A stretch of DNA of 64,000 nt from Nitrospinaceae bacterium (GTDB lineage: Bacteria > Nitrospinota > Nitrospinia > Nitrospinales > Nitrospinaceae): the NCBI GenBank assembly GCA_965223665.1, contig OZ245011.1, positions 1,504,001 to 1,568,000 on the forward strand. The letters run 5' to 3'. The notes under the pieces were generated by a model. That model made no database searches. It saw only the letters and a program-made list of their open reading frames with translations, and was not told where the DNA came from. The translations under genes and the position numbers were made by a program. Every line of letters begins with the position of its first letter. Within the stretch, counting starts at the first letter, position 1. Of this stretch, positions 1 through 10,416 are shown piece by piece.

Positions 1-242
1 AATTCCATGAGTTCATTTTGATTTTTGAAGTGCGCTGACTTCTATGGGTGTGGTCCATTACCCTTCTGTGCAATCCATTGCCATTCGAATCGTATTGTCC
101 TCATGTGTCGGCCACACTTGAAAGAAACGTGAAACTGGAATTTTTGAAAAGATGTGTTGCTTCGGCTGCCAGCCCTGCAACTCATTTAATTCCCAAAAAA
201 CATTTTCCTATTTACGGAATAGAAAGAAGAAAGGCTAGTTTC

Positions 243-2414
243 ATGAAAACTATGGGGAGGATATCCATCAAACTGATAGCGATCTGTGCTTTATTCAACC
301 TTCTGATCGTCCAGACTGCTTTTACGGAGGAAAAGGATAAACCGCAGAAATTAACAGAAGAAAAAGTTAAACCGCAGAAATTAAAGGAAGTTCTTGTTCA
401 GGCTCAAAAAGCCGATCTTAAAGAAACCAAAGGAACCGCCATTGGAACTTATGAACAAAAGAAAGGAACGCTCACGGTTCCAAGCAACTACGAAGCTGCA
501 AAAATAATTGAGCGCACTGCGGGTGGTGCGGCGGTTGTAGACAGCAAGGCTTTTGATAAAAATTTCAGTGTAAACTTTCAAGACACGTTGTCCTTTGTGC
601 CCGGGGTGTTTGCGAGAAAACGATTTGCGGAAGAAGTGCGAATTTCCATCAGAGGTTCCGGCATAGAGCGGAACTTTCACCAAAAAGGACTCGCAACCTT
701 TCAGGATGGTATTCCCTTTAATGCCGCCGACAGCAGTGGCGACTTTCAGGAAATCGATAACTTAGCCCTGCAGCGAATCGAGGTGTTCAAGGGAGGTAAT
801 GGATTGCAGTTTGGCGGAACTTCTCTGGGGGGTTCCATCAATATGATATCCAAGACGGCCCACAGCCAACCCGGCCATTTAGTTCGTTTTGAAGTGGGTT
901 CCGATGACACGGTGCGGGCGGTTTTTCAAACCGGTCAGTTTTTCAATAAGTCCGATTTGTTTATCAGTTTGTCCGGGTTGAAAAGTGACGAGTATCGGGA
1001 TCATGCCGATCAGGAGAATGTGAAATTTAATTCCAACCTGGGAATTCGTCTTTCTCAATCCACGGAAACCCGGTTTTATGTATCAGCCAACTATATCAAC
1101 CAGGAGTTGCCCGGAACGGTCCCTCTTGCCCAGGCATTAAACTCTCCCAGGTCTGCAAGTACGAATCCTTTTAATAATGTAATTACGAGTGATCAGCATC
1201 GGGATATCAACTCTCTCCGGCTTGCCAATAAAACCACGTTTGATCTGGGAGGAGGACACCTTCTGGACGTTTCAGTCTATGCGGTAGCCAAAGACCTGTT
1301 TCATCCCATTTTACCGTTTGTCGGCGTGATTGATCAGCAAAGCATCAATTATGGCATCAATGTACAAGGATCCGGAAAATACACAGTCGCGGGTTTTATG
1401 AATCAGTACCGGTTGGGCGTAACCACTCAATTGGGAAGAACGGATGCCAAGGTATTTGCCAACGTGGGAGGCCGGTCCGGCGCTTTGACCGGTGATACTG
1501 ACCAGGACGCAAAAAATGTGGTTGTATTTGGTGAAAACCAGTTTTTCATCACCCCCAAATTAGCTCTGATCTTTGGGGCGCAGTTTTCCTGGTCGTATCG
1601 CAAGGTGCAGGATCAATTCACTACATTCGCAACCAACAGTCAATCCTTCACATCCTTTAACCCGAGATTTGGTGTTCTGTACCAGCATTCAGATACCATC
1701 CAGTTTTTCACTAACATTACCAAAAGTTTCGAGCCGCCGGATTTCAGCGATTTGACGCAGGGCGGCACAGCAGCGTTTATTCCTCTCAATGCTCAAGAAG
1801 CCTGGACGTTCGAAATCGGTACCCGCGGTCAAAAGGGAATTTTTAATTGGGAACTGATTTTTTACCGGGCATGGGTTAATGATGAAATATTAAAGTTTAC
1901 CGTAGGCGCAGGGATCCCGGCTACAGGATTCAATGCTGACGATACCATTCATCAAGGTGTTGAGTTCGGATTTGGAGTCATTTTGGCTCAAAACCTGCTA
2001 AGTGGTGGAGATGAGTTGAGATGGAGAAACTCTTATACCTACAGTGACTTCAATTTCGATGGGGATATGCAATTTGGGGATAACACCATTCCCGGAGTTC
2101 CCCCGCATGTGTATCAGACTGAACTGCGCTATACCCATCGCGCTCACTGGTTTGTTGCAATAAACGCCGATTTCGTAAGTGATGTGAATGTAGATTTTAC
2201 GAACACATTTGTAGCACCGGGATATGGAATTATGGGATTTGCAGCCGGCTATGATGTGAACAAAAACGTAAGCCTATTTGTTACCGGCCGCAATGTCTTT
2301 AACAAGGCTTATATCTCCAACTTTTCAACAGCAGTAACCGCAACCGCTGCTTCGGCACTTTTTTATGCCGGTGACGGATCGCGTTATTTTGGCGGTGTGA
2401 CTGTAAGATTCTAA
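243..2414 (+). CDS. TonB-dependent outer-membrane receptor
   Basis: Signal peptide after ATG 243, TonB-box-like LKEVLVQA, plug motifs (RISIRGSG, RIEVFKGG...GGSINMISK), beta-barrel pattern, C-terminal Phe (GVTVRF). Confidence 0.93.
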   Translation: MKTMGRISIKLIAICALFNLLIVQTAFTEEKDKPQKLTEEKVKPQKLKEVLVQAQKADLKETKGTAIGTYEQKKGTLTVPSNYEAAKIIERTAGGAAVVDSKAFDKNFSVNFQDTLSFVPGVFARKRFAEEVRISIRGSGIERNFHQKGLATFQDGIPFNAADSSGDFQEIDNLALQRIEVFKGGNGLQFGGTSLGGSINMISKTAHSQPGHLVRFEVGSDDTVRAVFQTGQFFNKSDLFISLSGLKSDEYRDHADQENVKFNSNLGIRLSQSTETRFYVSANYINQELPGTVPLAQALNSPRSASTNPFNNVITSDQHRDINSLRLANKTTFDLGGGHLLDVSVYAVAKDLFHPILPFVGVIDQQSINYGINVQGSGKYTVAGFMNQYRLGVTTQLGRTDAKVFANVGGRSGALTGDTDQDAKNVVVFGENQFFITPKLALIFGAQFSWSYRKVQDQFTTFATNSQSFTSFNPRFGVLYQHSDTIQFFTNITKSFEPPDFSDLTQGGTAAFIPLNAQEAWTFEIGTRGQKGIFNWELIFYRAWVNDEILKFTVGAGIPATGFNADDTIHQGVEFGFGVILAQNLLSGGDELRWRNSYTYSDFNFDGDMQFGDNTIPGVPPHVYQTELRYTHRAHWFVAINADFVSDVNVDFTNTFVAPGYGIMGFAAGYDVNKNVSLFVTGRNVFNKAYISNFSTAVTATAASALFYAGDGSRYFGGVTVRF

Positions 2415-2500
2415 CTGTATTTATGCAGGTTGATGGTCATTGGAAGGTCTTTGTTGTTTTTCCAATGGCCATCAATTTCAAAAAAGAAAGGAAACGAATC

Positions 2501-3814
2501 ATGCGAATTTCTGAAAAAATTCACCTGGTTCTTGCTCTGTTTACTCTTTGCCTGTGCATTTCCTGTTCAAGCGGCATTAAAAAAACTTCAAGTCCCGTTT
2601 CTAAAGCAACTGGTGATTTAGCAGATCTGGAATCCAACAAACATCTAGCCGCGTGGGAATCCCAACCCCGTGTCGTGGGTCAGGGGAGTGGTCTTCAGCT
2701 TTTGTTGAAGGCATCAGAAGGAATGAGTTTCATCTACGCGGCAAGCAAGGAGAAAGGGGGACAGGATCTTTTGTACCTGAGTTCTCACAATATGGCTGAC
2801 ACGTTTTCCAAGTCGTACGCCATTAACCAGGTTCCCGGAGAAGTCAGCGCCCATGGGGAAAACAACCCATTGTTGAAACCAGGAGTTGGAATCGGAATGT
2901 ATGCCCTCTGGGGAGGAAGCGGTAACCTCAAGTTTGCGCGTTCCATGAATTTTGGCCGCAGTTTTTCCGAACCGATCGTTGTGAATGATGAGGTGGGTCA
3001 TGCTTATCATTCCTTCCAAACCATGGAAGTCGCACCGGATGGAACTATTTATGTGGCCTGGTTGGATGGAAGAGATAAGGAAACCAATCCACCCGGAACC
3101 GGATCACTCTATATCTCGAAATCGGTAGATCAAGGCGCGACTTTTGGAAAGAACATCAAAGTTTCCGGAGCCATCTGTCCCTGTTGTCGTCCCGCTCTTG
3201 CTTTTGATGAAACCGGTAGAGTTTATATTTCCTGGCGTCACGTCTATGAAGGTCACAATCGAATCATTGTTGTGGCCACCTCCGAAGACAAGGGAGAAAC
3301 CTGGTCCGAAAAAACCAAAGTCACCGAGCAGGGCTGGAAAATAAATGGCTGCGCTCATTCAGGACCTGCAATGGCTTATGCCAACGGAAATTTGTTTCTG
3401 GTCTGGTATACCGGGGCGGACAACAAGGCCAGTTTGCAAGCGGCAATATCTTCCGATTCGGGCAAGAGTTTTCGTAATTTGGGAGAAATCCAGGGAAACG
3501 TTTTGGATGCTAACCACCCGTCCATCGAAATGAATGGGGATGAAGCCTGGGTTATATTTCAGGGACGCGATCCGAACCTGGAGGATGGTTGGGGTACCAC
3601 TCGGCCCTGGCTCACGAAAATTACGTCCTCCGGCGAAACCTACTCTCCACAGGTGATACCCTCCACCGGAGAAAGTGTGGCTTATCCACAGCTTTTTCTC
3701 GGAACCGGGAGCAGAATTTACGCCACATGGACGGAACTTACGAGTAACGGACATAAAGCGGTTCTCTGTCGAGGCCGAATGGGAACTTTCGCCCAAATGA
3801 AAAATAGAAAATGA
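2501..3814 (+). CDS. BNR/Asp-box (sialidase-fold) lipoprotein, TonB-receptor partner
   Basis: Lipobox-like LCISC; repeated Asp-boxes SxDxGxT(F/W) (SVDQGATF, SEDKGETW, SSDSGKSF); ICPCC and INGCAHSGP motifs. Confidence 0.8.
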   Translation: MRISEKIHLVLALFTLCLCISCSSGIKKTSSPVSKATGDLADLESNKHLAAWESQPRVVGQGSGLQLLLKASEGMSFIYAASKEKGGQDLLYLSSHNMADTFSKSYAINQVPGEVSAHGENNPLLKPGVGIGMYALWGGSGNLKFARSMNFGRSFSEPIVVNDEVGHAYHSFQTMEVAPDGTIYVAWLDGRDKETNPPGTGSLYISKSVDQGATFGKNIKVSGAICPCCRPALAFDETGRVYISWRHVYEGHNRIIVVATSEDKGETWSEKTKVTEQGWKINGCAHSGPAMAYANGNLFLVWYTGADNKASLQAAISSDSGKSFRNLGEIQGNVLDANHPSIEMNGDEAWVIFQGRDPNLEDGWGTTRPWLTKITSSGETYSPQVIPSTGESVAYPQLFLGTGSRIYATWTELTSNGHKAVLCRGRMGTFAQMKNRK

Positions 3815-3860
3815 AAAATAATTACCTGTATGAACAAAACGTTTCACATTACTCCAAAAA

Positions 3861-3907
3861 AAAGCAGGCAATTCAACTCAGAGAAAACTAAGTGAATTGC
3901 CTGCTTT
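3861..3907. terminator. Bidirectional intrinsic terminator between convergent genes
   Basis: 15-bp perfect inverted repeat AAAGCAGGCAATTCA / TGAATTGCCTGCTTT preceded by an A-tract. Confidence 0.75.
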
Positions 3908-3961
3908 GGAACAGGTTTAGGTTAAAAAAACTCTATAGGTACTTACAAAAAAACAACAAAC

Positions 3962-6211
3962 TCAGGCCATTGCTTTTTGATTCAAGGCCTCTAAAATTTT
4001 ATTGAAAGTAGCGCTCGGACGCATTGCAGCTCCAACTTTTTCTGGATCGGGATGGTAATACCCGCCCAGATCGATGGCCTTGCCTTTTGCTGCGTTTAGC
4101 TCTTCGAAAATTTTATCCAGTTGAGATTCGAGCTCTTCCGCGACAGGCGTAAACTGGGCTTTAAGTTCCGGATCGTCGTTTTGTGCGGCTAACTCCTGCG
4201 CCCAGTAAAGCGTTTCGTAAACATGTGTTCCCGCATTATCCAACTGTCCAAGCTCGCGTCCCGGGGACTTCTTGTTTTCCATCAATTTACCCGTTGCGCG
4301 ATCCAAAGTTTCTGCCAGGACTTTCGCTTTGGCATTATTTTTTACCCGGCTTAAATGCGCGAACGACTCAGACAGCGCCAGGAATTCGCCTAACGATTCC
4401 CATCGCAGATGACCTTCTTTCATAAACTGTTGAACGTGCTTGGGAGCGGAACCTCCGGCTCCGGTCTCAAAAAGACCACCGCCGTTAATCAATGGAACGA
4501 TAGACAACATTTTTGCGCTGGTGCCTAATTCCAGGATGGGAAACAAGTCGGTGAGATAATCCCGCAAAACGTTTCCGGTAGCGGAAATGGTATCCTTACC
4601 TTCCTTCGCACGTTGTAAGGAAAATTTCATAGCGTCTACAGGGGACATAATTTGAATATCCAATCCATTCGTATCATGGTCCTTCAAGTAAACGTCCAAT
4701 TTTTTAATTAACTCAGCGTCATGGGCTCGGTCTTTATTCAACCAGAAAACGACCGGTGTATCAGACAACCGAGCTCGGGTTACCGCAAGCTTAACCCAAT
4801 CCTGAACAGGAATATCCTTTACGGTACAAACTCTGTAAAGATCGCCCGTTTCGACGGGGTGCTCAATCAGGGTGTTGCCCGCACCATCGATAAGTTTAAT
4901 CGTTCCATCACCCGGAGCTTCAAACGTCTTGTCGTGAGATCCATATTCCTCAGCCTTTTGCGCCATAAGGCCGACATTCGGTACGGTGCCCATAGTGGTT
5001 GGATCAAACGCTCCATTTTCACGGCAAAAATCAATGGCCGCTTGATAAATACCGGCATAACTACTCTCCGGAATCAGGGCTAACGTATCGTATTCTTTAC
5101 CATCCGGACCCCACATTTTTCCAGAGTTACGAATGGCCGCGGCCATAGAAGCGTCGATAATGATATCGCTCGGAACGTGCAGATTGGTAATCCCTTTGTC
5201 TGAATCCACCATGGCCATAGTCGGGCCATTGTCCAGACAAGCTTGAAGATCGGCTTCGATTTCCTTTTGTTTATCTTCGGGCAAACTCTTAATCTTTGCG
5301 TACACGTCGCCCAGGCCGTTATTCGGGTTCACTCCTATTTCCTTAAAGGTGTCGGCATGCTTTTGGAAAGCGTCCTCAAAGAATACGGTCACGCAATGAC
5401 CAAAGATGATCGGATCAGAAACTTTCATCATTGTGGCTTTCATATGTAAAGAGAATAAAACACCTTCGTCTTTGGCCCTTTGTATAGAATCTTTCATGAA
5501 TTGACGTAAAGCCTTTACACTCATTTTGGTAGCATCGACCACAGCGCCCTTATCCAGAGGAACATTGTCTTTTAAAACTTTTGCATTTCCATCCTGGCCC
5601 ACAAACTCGATTCTGCCTTTCCCGGCAGATGCTTCTGTTATGGTTGTAGCTTTCTCATTGGAGCGGAAATCGTTACCATCCATATGAGCAACATTGGTCT
5701 TGGAATCCTTTGCCCAGGCTCCCATTTTATGAGGATTGCTCTTTGCATAATTTTTAACCGAAGTCGCGGCTCGACGATCCGAATTGCCCTGTCTTAAGAC
5801 AGGATTCACCGCGCTTCCCTTACAAACATCATATTTCGCTTTGATTTCTTTTTCTTCGTCGGTTTGAGGGTCTTCGGGGTAATCCGGAAGGTTGTAACCT
5901 TGCTCCCTGAGCTCTTCAATCACAGCCTTAATCTGAGGTACGGATGCACTGATGTTGGGAAGTTTGATTACATTCGCATTGGGGTCTAATACGATCTCTC
6001 CCAACAACGCTAAGTCGTCGGGTTGCTTTTGATTTTCCTCCAGCCTCTCGGGAAATTGAGAAATTATTCTTCCCGCAAGTGAAATATCCTTTGTTCCTAC
6101 ATCAACCCCCGCCACTCTCGCAAAGGATTTAATAATTGGCAGAAATGACCCACTTGCCAATTCGGGCGCTTCGTCAACTTTGGTGTAAATTATGTCCGGT
6201 TGATTTGCCAT
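3962..6211 (-). CDS. icd: Monomeric NADP-dependent isocitrate dehydrogenase
   Basis: 749 aa; [70 protein letters not shown] are hallmark monomeric IDH motifs. Confidence 0.97.
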   Translation of the reverse strand: MANQPDIIYTKVDEAPELASGSFLPIIKSFARVAGVDVGTKDISLAGRIISQFPERLEENQKQPDDLALLGEIVLDPNANVIKLPNISASVPQIKAVIEELREQGYNLPDYPEDPQTDEEKEIKAKYDVCKGSAVNPVLRQGNSDRRAATSVKNYAKSNPHKMGAWAKDSKTNVAHMDGNDFRSNEKATTITEASAGKGRIEFVGQDGNAKVLKDNVPLDKGAVVDATKMSVKALRQFMKDSIQRAKDEGVLFSLHMKATMMKVSDPIIFGHCVTVFFEDAFQKHADTFKEIGVNPNNGLGDVYAKIKSLPEDKQKEIEADLQACLDNGPTMAMVDSDKGITNLHVPSDIIIDASMAAAIRNSGKMWGPDGKEYDTLALIPESSYAGIYQAAIDFCRENGAFDPTTMGTVPNVGLMAQKAEEYGSHDKTFEAPGDGTIKLIDGAGNTLIEHPVETGDLYRVCTVKDIPVQDWVKLAVTRARLSDTPVVFWLNKDRAHDAELIKKLDVYLKDHDTNGLDIQIMSPVDAMKFSLQRAKEGKDTISATGNVLRDYLTDLFPILELGTSAKMLSIVPLINGGGLFETGAGGSAPKHVQQFMKEGHLRWESLGEFLALSESFAHLSRVKNNAKAKVLAETLDRATGKLMENKKSPGRELGQLDNAGTHVYETLYWAQELAAQNDDPELKAQFTPVAEELESQLDKIFEELNAAKGKAIDLGGYYHPDPEKVGAAMRPSATFNKILEALNQKAMA

Positions 6212-6482
6212 TGTTGGTTTTCCTCTAAAAATGTTAAAAGATAAATAAGAACTAATTGAAAAAATTGGGCTTTAAATTTTTATTCTGAAATCCAGAAATT
6301 TGGAAATACATTCACCAATATCTTGACCAAACAAGTCTTTTGGATGAAAAAAGTTTCAAAAAGTTGCAAAAATATTGGAATCGTCAAATTTAAAATTTTT
6401 GGATTTTAATTCAGTTGATTAAGAGGCGTTTTCTAATTTTTTATTCCATTCTTTACAATTTTTCCGGGGGAGAGACAAAGTC

Positions 6483-6585
6483 AAAAAAGCCCGTGCCCCG
6501 AAGGCCCAGGCTTAAAGGGCGGAAAAGGAGGTCCCCCTACTGAAGCTGAGGCGTTGCCTTCACGGCAAGTCAGGTTTGTGTTGAT
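6483..6585 (-). ncRNA. Candidate small structured RNA with anti-SD motif ending in a terminator
   Basis: Minus strand: TTGCC-GTGAA-GGCAA hairpin, GACCTCCTTTTCC, then GC hairpin + T6; GC-rich island in AT-rich spacer. Confidence 0.35.
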
Positions 6586-6827
6586 TTATAGATTGATATT
6601 ATCAAACGATTTGTTTGAAAAATTTTATACGTCTTCATCGAATCCCGTACTTTTGGAATAATGAAGTCGACACGGCAAAGCCATTCCCCCTGAAAAAAAT
6701 AAAAACATATCCTTTATTAAAGACTGAACGGCTTTCCACTATGCCACTCTCTGAATAGGGTGAAAAATTGGGAGAAGGCAAAAGATCCCGAGGGGGTCCT
6801 TGGAGGCCGCCGTTTTTATTTGTTTTT

Positions 6828-6856
6828 AATGTCCGCTTTTGGCCGTTAGTGGTATA
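6828..6856 (+). repeat. Repeat family A palindrome (degenerate right arm)
   Basis: AATGTCCGCTTTTGGCCGTTAGTGGTATA just upstream of the GGCT gene. Confidence 0.7.
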
Positions 6857-6888
6857 AAGTTTTCGAGTGAACTGTTGGAGGAAGAATA

Positions 6889-7383
6889 TTGCTCTATTTT
6901 TCGTATGGTTCCAATATGTCTGTCAAAAGACTTCACCAACGAATTTCCTCGGCGAAGAGAGTTGCTGGCGCTGTGCTTTCCAATCATGAATTAAAGTTTC
7001 ATAAAAAAAGCTTTAAGGATGGCTCAGGAAAATGTGATATTGCCGAAACGCCTAATCCGGATAAGAGGGTTTTTGGTGTGATTTTCGACATCGATGTTTC
7101 TGCAAAATTAAAATTAGACCGGATCGAGGGATTGGGTAACGGGTATGAAGAAAAATTGGTAGAAGTAAAATCCATGGAAGGAAATTTTTTGGAAGCCGTT
7201 ACATACTATGCCACCCATATTGACTCCAGTTTAAAACCTTACTCCTGGTATAAGGAGCACGTAATGAGAGGAGCCAAAGAAAACAATTTTCCCGAGGAAT
7301 ACATTCAAAATATTATTGCTGTAAAAACGATTGAAGATCCACAGCCGCAACGCCATGCGGATGAAATGGCAATTTATTTTTAA
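6889..7383 (+). CDS. Gamma-glutamylcyclotransferase (AIG2-like) family protein
   Basis: YFSYGSNM N-terminal motif, LDRIEG, GY; SD GGAGGA upstream of TTG. Confidence 0.88.
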   Translation: MLYFSYGSNMSVKRLHQRISSAKRVAGAVLSNHELKFHKKSFKDGSGKCDIAETPNPDKRVFGVIFDIDVSAKLKLDRIEGLGNGYEEKLVEVKSMEGNFLEAVTYYATHIDSSLKPYSWYKEHVMRGAKENNFPEEYIQNIIAVKTIEDPQPQRHADEMAIYF

Positions 7384-7453
7384 CTGACTATAAGGGAGCA
7401 CATCTACCTCCCTCTGCAGTTTCTTCTAAAGGCAATCTTTACTTCGGGAAATT

Positions 7454-7517
7454 TTCTGTGGATTCCGCATTAACACAAACTCATCGATAATTCATTTTGT
7501 CCGCGGGCGCTGGCCCG
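7454..7517 (+). repeat. Repeat family B copy 1
   Basis: TTCTGTGGATTCCGCATTAACACAAACTCATCGATAA...CCGCGGGCGCTGGCCCG; similar to 13978-14048 and 17741-17809. Confidence 0.75.
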
Positions 7518-7652
7518 CTATCTCCGCGGCCCGTGGTAAAACCTCCTTGCCGGATTTGATTAAAAATCCGGTTTTAGGTATAAGGGGTTTATTAGCGATC
7601 CCAGGCGGACCTGAACCATAACTTTAATTTATTAATCAACCGACACAAAACA

Positions 7653-7877
7653 ATGAGCGAACAAAATTTAAATATTTCCTTAACCCAAGATGAAGCCCTG
7701 GTTTTCTATGAAATGATCTCCCGGTTTTCTGGATCGGAAAATTTACCGATTGAGCATCAGGCCGAACTCATAACCTTATGGAACTTAAAGAGCAACCTTG
7801 AAAAAGAATTAAGCGATTCATTAAAATCCAATTATGATGAATCCCTTCAGGCAGCCCGCGATAACATGATGAAGTAA
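7653..7877 (+). CDS. Small hypothetical protein (74 aa)
   Basis: Clean ATG ORF, helical protein-like sequence (LTQDEALVFYEMISRF...LQAARD). Confidence 0.7.
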   Translation: MSEQNLNISLTQDEALVFYEMISRFSGSENLPIEHQAELITLWNLKSNLEKELSDSLKSNYDESLQAARDNMMK

Positions 7878-7947
7878 CAACGGAAAAATTCTTTCAGGTT
7901 ACGGTTCCCAAAACCAAACACCCACCCCTGCCCGAATGGGTAATATA

Positions 7948-8044
7948 ATACTGGCTACTCTTTTCCCCAGCGAGTGGAAATCACACATCCAAAAAAGCCT
8001 TCCTTATTATCAGTACCTGGACAGTGAAGAACGAAAACGTTAGC
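7948..8044 (+). pseudogene. Decayed copy of the 5' part of the M90 peptidase gene (11875-11971)
   Basis: TTCCCCAGCGAGTGG..ACATCCAAAAAAGCCTTCCTTATTAT shared with 11890-11937; no start codon. Confidence 0.85.
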
Positions 8045-8047
8045 CGG

Positions 8048-8079
8048 AAAACCCGAGGGGGGAAAACCCCGCGGGTTTT
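8048..8079 (-). terminator. Intrinsic terminator downstream of OsmC-like gene
   Basis: AAAACCCG...CGGGTTTT stem-loop. Confidence 0.6.
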
Positions 8080-8103
8080 ACAGGAATGGTTCCACCACAT
8101 GAA

Positions 8104-8676
8104 TTAATATTTTTCAATGACCAGATCGACAGGAAGAGAATTCGACACCGTATCGTAGACCGGGGAAAACAGGGCCAGTTCTTTCAGTTGTTCCGCCGGC
8201 GCTTCGCTTTTGACTTTCATATGGACGCGGATAGCCTGATAACCTTTTCGCACTTCCTGGGAAATCCCCAGAAACCCCCGTGCATCAATATCCCCTTCCG
8301 TTGAAGAAATTATGTCCTTCACCTCAATGCCCCGAACCGCCGCATGCGCCACAAGCGAAGTGGTCAGGCAGGAGGTCAAAGCATGAAGAAGATGTTCCAC
8401 CGGATTGGCGGCGCTTCCCTTCCCTCCCAAAAGAACCGGTTCATCGGCTTCTAATACAAACGGCTTAGGGTACGTGACGGTCTCCCCATAATCGCCGAGA
8501 TATTCTTTGAACTCGCTTCGGTTCGTGGTCCCGCCGGTCCATTGATTTTTTGATTTAAACCGCCACTTCCCGCAGTTCTCATCGGTGCTGACGTTATTGA
8601 CCACACGGTTGACCTTATCAATCTCAATTCCGTTGACGATTTTTGATGTTTGAAGAGTTGCTTGGTTGGTAGACAT
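8104..8676 (-). CDS. OsmC/Ohr-family protein
   Basis: ADEPVLLGG...ANPVEHLLHALTSCL, GDIDARGFLG, SPVYD. Confidence 0.88.
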   Translation of the reverse strand: MSTNQATLQTSKIVNGIEIDKVNRVVNNVSTDENCGKWRFKSKNQWTGGTTNRSEFKEYLGDYGETVTYPKPFVLEADEPVLLGGKGSAANPVEHLLHALTSCLTTSLVAHAAVRGIEVKDIISSTEGDIDARGFLGISQEVRKGYQAIRVHMKVKSEAPAEQLKELALFSPVYDTVSNSLPVDLVIEKY

Positions 8677-8780
8677 TTCGATTCTCCTTTTATGTGAATA
8701 TTAACGGGACACAAACGTGCCCAATATTTTTTGAGAATACGTAATGTCTGTTTTTAAGTATACTGTACGAAATGTAGTAA

Positions 8781-8803
8781 TTAACTACAGAAAACGTAGT
8801 TAA
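8781..8803. promoter_or_regulatory. Palindromic operator in the divergent osmC-like / hxlR spacer
   Basis: TTAACTAC-N7-GTAGTTAA perfect 8-bp arms abutting the regulator's SD. Confidence 0.6.
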
Positions 8804-8817
8804 AGGAGTCTTCTAAA

Positions 8818-9510
8818 ATGACAAATTATGGTCAGTTTTGTCCGGTATCTAAAGCGGCGGAGGTATTGTTTGAAAAATGGACAATATTAATCGTGCGGGA
8901 ACTTTTGCTGGGAACCACTCGCTTTAATGATTTTCAGCGCGCCCTATCGAGGATCTCCCCGACTCTTCTCACCAAGCGCCTTAAAGCACTTGAGGAGAAT
9001 GGGGTTATTTTACGAAAACAGGTTTCCGGGCGTCGGGGGTATGAATATCGTTTAACGCCGGCAGGCAAAGAGCTTGAACCTCTTCTGGAAAAAATTGCGG
9101 TTTGGGGGATGCGGTGGGCCAGAGGTCAGATGAGCGACGATGAACTGGATGTGGAATTTCTAATGTGGGAAATTCAACGCAGAATTCAGACCAGATACCT
9201 TCCGGGTGGAGAGACGGTAATCTGTTTTGAGTTTACGGATTTAAAAAAACACAAGTACTGGTGGATCTGGGTTAATGAAGATGAAGTGGATTTGTGCACG
9301 GAAGATCCCGGCAAGGAGGTTGACTTGTACATCACAACGGATTTACGAACCATGGTTGAAGTATGGCAGGGCGATCTGGATTTTAAAAAAGCAGTGAAGA
9401 GCGAAAAACTGGAAACCTATGGCAAAAAAAAATTAACCAAGACCCTGCCGGACTGGATCGGGCTGTGTAAATATTCGAATGTGCGACCTGCTTCTTCTAT
9501 AAATGCATAA
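8818..9510 (+). CDS. HxlR-family winged-helix regulator with C-terminal SCP2-like domain
   Basis: YGQFCPVSKAAEVL.EKWTILIVRELL.G..RFNDF, YRLTPAG. Confidence 0.9.
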   Translation: MTNYGQFCPVSKAAEVLFEKWTILIVRELLLGTTRFNDFQRALSRISPTLLTKRLKALEENGVILRKQVSGRRGYEYRLTPAGKELEPLLEKIAVWGMRWARGQMSDDELDVEFLMWEIQRRIQTRYLPGGETVICFEFTDLKKHKYWWIWVNEDEVDLCTEDPGKEVDLYITTDLRTMVEVWQGDLDFKKAVKSEKLETYGKKKLTKTLPDWIGLCKYSNVRPASSINA

Positions 9511-9571
9511 GGGACTGCAGGTGCAGAAGATTACTATTTCAAACCCAGTAAAAATGAATAGATAAAAAAAT

Positions 9572-10402
9572 ATGTCTTTCGATGAAAATGTCTCTGAACA
9601 TTACACCCATGGAAATTTGCTTAATGCCGTCAAAAGGGGAATTGAACAACTGGGCAAGACTTCAAGCTCTATCACAGTAGAAGACCTGGCACCTTTGGAT
9701 GAATTTCATATTGGGGGCCGACAGGCTTCAGAAAATTTTTTTGATCAACTCAATTTTTCAGCGGAAGATCATCTTGTCGATGTTGGATGTGGACTCGGTG
9801 GGGCATCGCGGTTCGTTGCCAAAAGATACAACAGCAAAGTTACAGGCATCGATTTAACTCCGGAGTATATAGAAACCGGAAAAGCGCTTTGCACCTGGCT
9901 GGGATTGGATAATCGGGTTGATCTGCAACAAGGCAGCGCTCTTAACTTGCCCTTCGAAAAAGATGTTTTTGACGGAGGTTACATGATGCACGTGGGGATG
10001 AACATCCAGGACAAGATTGGATTATATAAGGAGATTTTTCGGGTGCTTCGCCCTGGTGCTGATTTTGGAGTTTATGATGTCATGCGGGTGGAAGAGGGTG
10101 AATTAATGTATCCGGTTCCATGGGCAAGTACCGCTAATGAAAGTAACGTGGCAAGTCCCGAACAGTATAAACAGGCAATCGAAGAAGCGGGTTTTAAAGT
10201 GACTTCAGAAAATAACCGACATGAATTTGCTCTGTCGTTTTTCGAACAATTACAAAAACATTCTAACAAGGCAGAGGGTCCGCCCCCCTTAGGCATTCAT
10301 ATTCTTATGGGAAACAATTCGGCTGCTAAAGTACAGAATATGATCAAAAACGTTTCCGCCGGGCTTATCTCCCCTGTTGAGCTTATCGCCAGAAAAATTT
10401 AG
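9572..10402 (+). CDS. Class I SAM-dependent methyltransferase
   Basis: DEFHIGG, VDVGCGLGG, GIDLT, RVLRPG. Confidence 0.9.
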   Translation: MSFDENVSEHYTHGNLLNAVKRGIEQLGKTSSSITVEDLAPLDEFHIGGRQASENFFDQLNFSAEDHLVDVGCGLGGASRFVAKRYNSKVTGIDLTPEYIETGKALCTWLGLDNRVDLQQGSALNLPFEKDVFDGGYMMHVGMNIQDKIGLYKEIFRVLRPGADFGVYDVMRVEEGELMYPVPWASTANESNVASPEQYKQAIEEAGFKVTSENNRHEFALSFFEQLQKHSNKAEGPPPLGIHILMGNNSAAKVQNMIKNVSAGLISPVELIARKI

Positions 10403-10416
10403 TCAGCGATTGAAAT

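Noticed and set aside
48-242. Upstream GTG start for the TonB receptor
   Set aside because: The signal peptide begins after ATG 243; the extension has no export features.
6670-6720. c-di-GMP-I riboswitch (GGCAAA...GAAA)
   Set aside because: Required paired stems and the second conserved motif are not evident.
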